Below are positions 52,635-58,254 of a stretch of 58,254 bases of DNA, piece by piece. This stretch comes from Chromera velia (Eukaryota). The translations under genes were made by a program, and so were the position numbers. Position 1 is the first letter of the stretch, and each line of letters starts with the position of its first letter. The notes under the pieces were generated by a model, which was not told the DNA's origin, did no database searches, and was given only the letters and a program-made list of their open reading frames with translations. Location: the NCBI GenBank assembly GCA_018398765.1, contig JAHBMJ010000055.1:1-58254 (forward strand). The letters run 5' to 3'.

Positions 52635-55271
52635 ATGGCGTCTGTGGAGCATCCGGGCGAAGTTTCGTCCGCAAAGTCTCGGGGAGAGCTATCTGCCTCA
52701 GAGGCTTCGTTGGGCGAAACAGCAGTGGTCATTTTGGAGGCTTTGAATACAGGAAAGAAACTTGTGCTACCTGTTTCTGAATTGTATCAAGGGGAAAGGA
52801 CAGTTGGAAGACGACCAGAAAATGCGTTCGTGCTGAGTGCGGGACACATTTCGGGTCTTCACTGTAAATTTCGGTGGACTGTCGACGAACGAGTGAGTGG
52901 GACAGGAGAAGTGCTAAGGGATTTGGAGCTGTTGGTGATCGATGAATCGTCCAATGGCACTTTCGTGGACAACAACCGCATCCCCAAAGGCAGGCCTGTT
53001 CGTCTCGGAGATGGGCAGATTGTCTCCTTCGCAAAACAGAAGTCTTTCGATGATGGTCAGTTGGGGGAGGAGGGAATTTGGAATTTCGTGCAAGATCTCT
53101 CTTTGTGTTTGTTCATCTCTTGTTCGATGTCCGTCCTTGCTTGCAACTCCCTTTCTGCGTACTTCTGTTCTGTTGCTTTCGTACAGGAGGGAACTGTCAC
53201 CCTTTACGGGTCCACCTCAAAGTCCAGGGATTTGCCACGCCTCTGCCTCCTGACAACGTGAGTGAGTTCGTCGTCAACGCCCCATCCCCAGTGCATCTCG
53301 GAGGTCCGGGGGGGTTCCTAGGTGCACCTCCGGCGGCATCAGCAGCTGCTGCTGGTCTGGTGACTCCTACGGAACGAGGCAGGTCCCTTGCGCCTGGTGG
53401 GGGTGGTTCCGGAGGTGCTGGAGGAGGGGGTGCGATGATGCAGGCTGGGGCTCTCCTCGGAACACAAGGGCATACAGAACTGATGGCGGCAATGCCGATC
53501 GGGGGTTCGATGGTCTCTGCTGTTGGTGTGGGTGGAGTCGAGCAGACGGGGCAGCTAGAGGGGTTGGGAATGGGGGGAGGGGGGACAGCAGGGGTGGGGG
53601 GCGCTGCTGCATCGACTGTCGACGGACAGGGGGGTTCATGGAAGGGGGGGACAGGGGGTGGTGCCGGAGGAGGAGGGGGAAAGTTTCTGCACTTCTACAA
53701 TTCGGTCTCTGCGAACATGGCCTCGATTCTTGACCAGCAGGAGAGAGAGAACGAGAAGCTGAAGGAGGAGCGCGAGAAACTGCAAAAGAGCCTCAAGGAG
53801 GTAAGAGAGAGAGAAAGAGACCCTCGTGCTGTCGAAATATTCATTTGACTCGCATGCGTGCACGCAGTCTTGTCCAGAGACAGAATCTTGAAACAAAAAA
53901 CGACCTGATGGAACCTCATTCGTCGGAGGGCAAATACGGAGAGAGACAGATGATAAAGGAAAGAAGAAACAGGAAATCAGAGAACAGAAAAAAAAACAGT
54001 AACAAGGATACAGAGAGGGAGAGACAGATGCGCTGGCGCTTTCTTACTGTCATCATGCATCTCCGTAGTGGACCCGTCTTCTTTTCTTCTCTTCTCTTCT
54101 TTTTTCGGCTGTCTCGGCGTTCCTTGATGAGACGAAAATTGGAATTCCTCCAACGGAACCCTCTGCGTGCCCAGCAGTTCTCTTTCCTTCCTGCATTCCA
54201 TTCTACTCTCTTTCCTCTCTCACTAGTAGCTTTCGCACCTCTGACTTCCAAGTTCGTGCCTGCCTGCGTGCCTGCCTGCCTTTCACTCCTTCCTCACTGA
54301 CGCTTATTTGTGCAGAAGCAGAGAGAAGTCGAGAAGGAAAAACAGAAACGAAAACTCGCTGGTGAGTGTTTTCTCTCGGCTTTTGCTTCTTCGGCTTCTT
54401 CTGCTGCTGCTGTCGTGTGAAAATAGTCCTCCCTGCCCTTCCCTCATGGTCTTTCTTCTTCTTCTTCTTTTCTTCTTCTTCTTCTTTTTCTTCTTCTTCT
54501 TCTTCTTCTTCAAGCTCCCTTCCCGATCGACGACTTTCAACAAATAGAAGGGGCCCTACTCCTACTCCCCCCGCTCCTCCGTCTGTGTATTTTATTTTAG
54601 TGCTCTTTCGCAAGCAGGCACTTTTGTGTTCTGCTGCTGCTGCTGCATTTTGCCGATGTCCTCCTACTCATCCCTCCGTCCTCTGTAGCTCTCTTTTCGT
54701 TTTCCAAAAGGGGCTCCTGACCTTGTGCTTTCTTTGTTTCTTTCTCCCTCAAAAATGCCGACCGGCGACCCTTTCTTCTTCCTCTTCCTGATATCTCTCT
54801 CCTGGTTGCATGCTTGTGCCCACTCATGCATGCATGCATGGATGGAGGGATGGATGCAGAGGAGGAAGTGGAGCGACAGGTGCAACGGGCAGCTCAGGTA
54901 GGTAACTCTCTAGTCCCAAGCAAGCAACTGACGCACGCAGGCCCGGGAGGGAGATGAGGAGAAAGGTGGAGGGAAGTTGTTTGGAAAGGAGAAGAGAAGA
55001 GAAGAGAAGAGAAGAGAAGGAAGAGTGAGTGAGCGAGGCAGGTACGGTTCGACTGGCAGCGGGCCGATCGAAGAACTTGCGAGACGCGGTTGCGAGGGAG
55101 CATGAGCGAGAGAGAGAGAGAGCGGGGGGGAGAGGGAGAGAGAGACAGAGAAGAAAGGCGCACAAAAAGGCAGAAAGGCAGGCAGGCAAATCGATAGACA
55201 AATGGAGAGGAAGAGAAGAGTGGGCTGGCTGCAAGGGTGCATCATCAGTGCACTTACACATCCCCTCCCTT

Positions 55272-55309
<38 letters not shown>

Positions 55310-57964
55310 TGTGCAGCTGACAGAGCGAGTGCAGAAGGAGAAGGAGAGGGCAGACGCGGCCGACAGGGTGCGAGAGGAGAAGGAACAGATTGAGGTGATT
55401 CGATTCTGTTTCTTCAATCTCCAGTTCATAACGTGATTGTTGTTTCTCGTATCGACGTAAAAGTTCTTTCTATGTCAGCTCCACCTTTCTGTCCCCCCGA
55501 CCGGTCCTGCTCCCATCTTCTTCTTTCCGTAGCTTTGTTTTGCATTGCATCGATATGCTCTCTACCTTTTTGTAATTAAGACCCCAACGTTGCGGTCGGC
55601 GTGTGTTTGTGTGTGTGTGTGTGTGTGTGAACAAGTATGTTGTAGCAGGCCTGTTAAAAAAAGAGTCCGACACCTTTTTCTGAAGGTCCCCTAAAGACCT
55701 CGCTGGCTCTCACGCTGTGACTTCATGCCTGTCTGCCTTCCTCCTATCTGCCTGCAGGAGAAGGCTGCGCTGTCTGCTGCCAAGGTTGCTTCTCTGCAGT
55801 CGGATCTAGACGCACAGACGCTGGCAGTGGAGCAGAGCAAGAAGGAGGGCCTTGAACTCCGAGAGAAGCTTCGGGCAGCAGAAGGTCGGGGGGTAAAGGG
55901 AGATTGCGTGGGGTGGTGCGGCAGGCCTGATTTGATCTGCTTGATTCTTTTTTTTTGGTGCAGTAAGTAAGGGCGAAAACAAAGGGTGTGAGCACAACGA
56001 GAGCTGTGGAGTGATTGCCCTGTCTGACTGGGGAGACTTACCGTATGTTCTCTTTGTTTCAATCTGGTTGCTGACTGCAGTGGCCACCGAACAGAGCCAA
56101 CGACGTGAGAAGCAAACGCGATCCGAAGTCGAAGATGCTTTGAAGAAGCTGGAAGGTTAGTTGGACGATCGCTTGGTTGGTGGCATCCTGACCCTCTTTT
56201 CAGTCTCACATTTTTCCCCTCCAGTCTCTTGGCCTAACTGCACACGTCTTCTGAGGGCATGGCTGCTTCTGGAATGGAAGGAGCACGGAGAGGGCATGCA
56301 GGAATTCCTGTATGTATACTCGGGTTGCATAATGAACTTGGACGTCGCATCGCTCTTCCCGCGTCGTCTTTGCTTTTGTGACACCATCGAAGCTCCGTTC
56401 CTTTGATTTTCAGACTTTCTTTCGTTGGGTAGCTCAGCTTACCTGTCCAGTTTCCCCAACGACCCTCACCAGAGAGTTCGCAAATTCCTCGAGAGAGTCA
56501 ACCAACAAGGGTGGTCCGTTAGGCATGGGTTTCGCTTTGGTGTGTGAAGCTTCCCACGATGACACCACCTTGCTTTCCTTGATTGTGGGTGTGTGTGGGT
56601 GTGTGTGTGTGTGTGCGTGCGTGCGTGTGCGTGCGCAGCTTCTCGGGCAGAGGTGGAGACTCTGAAGGAGCGGCTGGAGGATGAGAGCAGGAGACGGGCT
56701 GATGCTGAGACTACTGGCACCAACCAAGAAGGTCCGTCTTTTCTTTCGTTAGCAGGCAGGCAACAAGGAGGAGATCGGCGTTTTCTTTATTTCGTTCTTT
56801 CTTGATTGTCTGTCCTCGGCCCACCCCAAATTCCGCTGAATTTTAATGGACAACCAGAGACGAGAAGAGGAGAGGCAGTCAGCTGAGCTGCCCTCTCCGA
56901 CTTGGAGAGAGAGGAGATCGGTTCATGAGTGTGTGTCTGTGTCATCTCATCTTCTCCATCCATCGGAGTGTTCTGCCAGGCAGGGGCTTTTCCCGAAATA
57001 CATTCACGTACTTTCTGTGCGTGTGTACGTGGATGCTTGTATTAATATTTGCGGTGCAATTGCAGAGGAGCTGCGGCAGGTGCGACAGGAACTCTCGAAG
57101 AAGACGGAGGAGGCCGCCACCCTCATGGAACTCAAGGTCGGTCCGTCAGTTGGTTCGTTGGTTAGGTTGGCTGTCTGGCTGCTGGGGCATGTTGTCAATC
57201 AACACGAAGGAACGGAGGGTTAAAGGCAGACAGACGGACACGCAAACTGCAGAAAGAGTTCTTCATTGATTCCTGCTTCTGTTGGTCTATTTTGTTAACA
57301 GGTGTCCTCCAGACGTGCTTGAATTTTTTCATTTCCTTTGTTTCTTCTTGCCTATCTGTCTGTCTCTCTGCCTGCAGGCCCAGGGTGACCGTCGTCATTC
57401 TTCTCTGACGGCTGAGCACGCAGCCACCCAGAGGGCCCTACTGCAGGCACAGTCGAGAGGAGACGAGAAGGAGAAGGTCGGCAGGCAGCTAGGCAGGCAG
57501 TCATTTCTCTCTCCTTTCTGTCGGTTGGATATTCGATGGGCTCTTTCCGTTCCCTAGACAGGAAGGAGGGAAGGAAGGAAGGAATCCTCCCCTTGTATGG
57601 TTCCTTCCGTCGGGCTAGAGGGAGGAAGGGAAGAAGCAAGGAAGCTTGCTTTGTTTGTTGTCTTTCTTTTGCTTTCCTCCTCCTCCTCCGTTTGTTTTTC
57701 GAAATAAGTGGAGAATCAATCAGTCCATGACTTCAGGATTCATCTCATGGATGGATGGATGGATAGGATGCGCTCGAGATGGAAGAACGGTGTGATTGTG
57801 GGTGGTGTGGCACAAGCCCTCGAAAGAGTGCTCGGACGAGAGAGATTGAGACAGCGCCCCCCCCACCACCTCCTGTCCCGCTCCCTCCTCCTTTCCTTTC
57901 CCCCTCTTGTGCTGCCTGTCTGCTGCAGGCTCTGACAGCTCTCCGAGAGGATGTCGGAACGATG
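52635..57964 (+). CDS. FHA-domain, Gly-rich linker, long coiled-coil protein; at least 11 exons, 3' end outside the window
   Basis: FHA motifs TVGRR, HISGLHC, DESSNGTFV and LGDGQIVSF. Exons 52635-53055, 53187-53800, 54316-54361, 54860-54897, 55317-55394, 55758-55884, 56081-56155, 56639-56731, 57066-57136, 57378-57476, 57929-57964 are phase-consistent and E/K/Q/R-rich. Confidence 0.85.
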
Positions 57965-58214
57965 GTGCGATCTGCTCTGCCCCGTCTGGCTGCGGCCATC
58001 GGGCGAGGACTGGACGAACCCGAATTTCTCTCTGAAGTCCGTCTCCTCTCTTCTCGTTTCTCTCCTCCTCGAAAGAAAGCAAAAAATAAGGGAAGGAAGA
58101 GACGGCATACAGTGTCACTTCGTGCTCTTTCTGCTCATTCTTTGACTCTCTCTGTGTGTGTGTGTGTGTGTGTATGTGTGTGCGTGTCCGTGTGTGTATG
58201 TGCGTGTGTGCGTG

Positions 58215-58254
<40 letters not shown>

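Overview
Eukaryotic, intron- and microsatellite-rich draft genomic DNA with three N-gaps. The style suggests a chromerid/alveolate such as Chromera velia (inference only). Hand-splicing with GT-AG boundaries and phase checks gives five host genes: (1) a secreted protein with about 10 EGF-like repeats (minus, at least 19 exons, runs off the left edge), head-to-head with (2) an NADPH-cytochrome P450 reductase; (3) an AAAP/Aa_trans amino-acid transporter; (4) a 20-exon KIF28/KLP-6-like kinesin-3 with an FHA domain and a C-terminal CaaX box, head-to-head with (5) an FHA plus coiled-coil gene. Accessory DNA includes an AT-rich island with paired 390-bp TIR-bounded units and a MITE-like element, and an intronless MGCxxS/discoidin-like/clostripain-like ORF split by one amber stop. 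The two most notable observations are a 4.7-kb TIR element carrying a decayed RAG1/Transib/Chapaev-type transposase tail-to-tail with an unknown spliced gene, and a recurring pattern of 25-46-bp direct duplications, often with a shared filler motif and often straddling splice junctions. Most ORFs in the supplied track are microsatellite or antisense artefacts.
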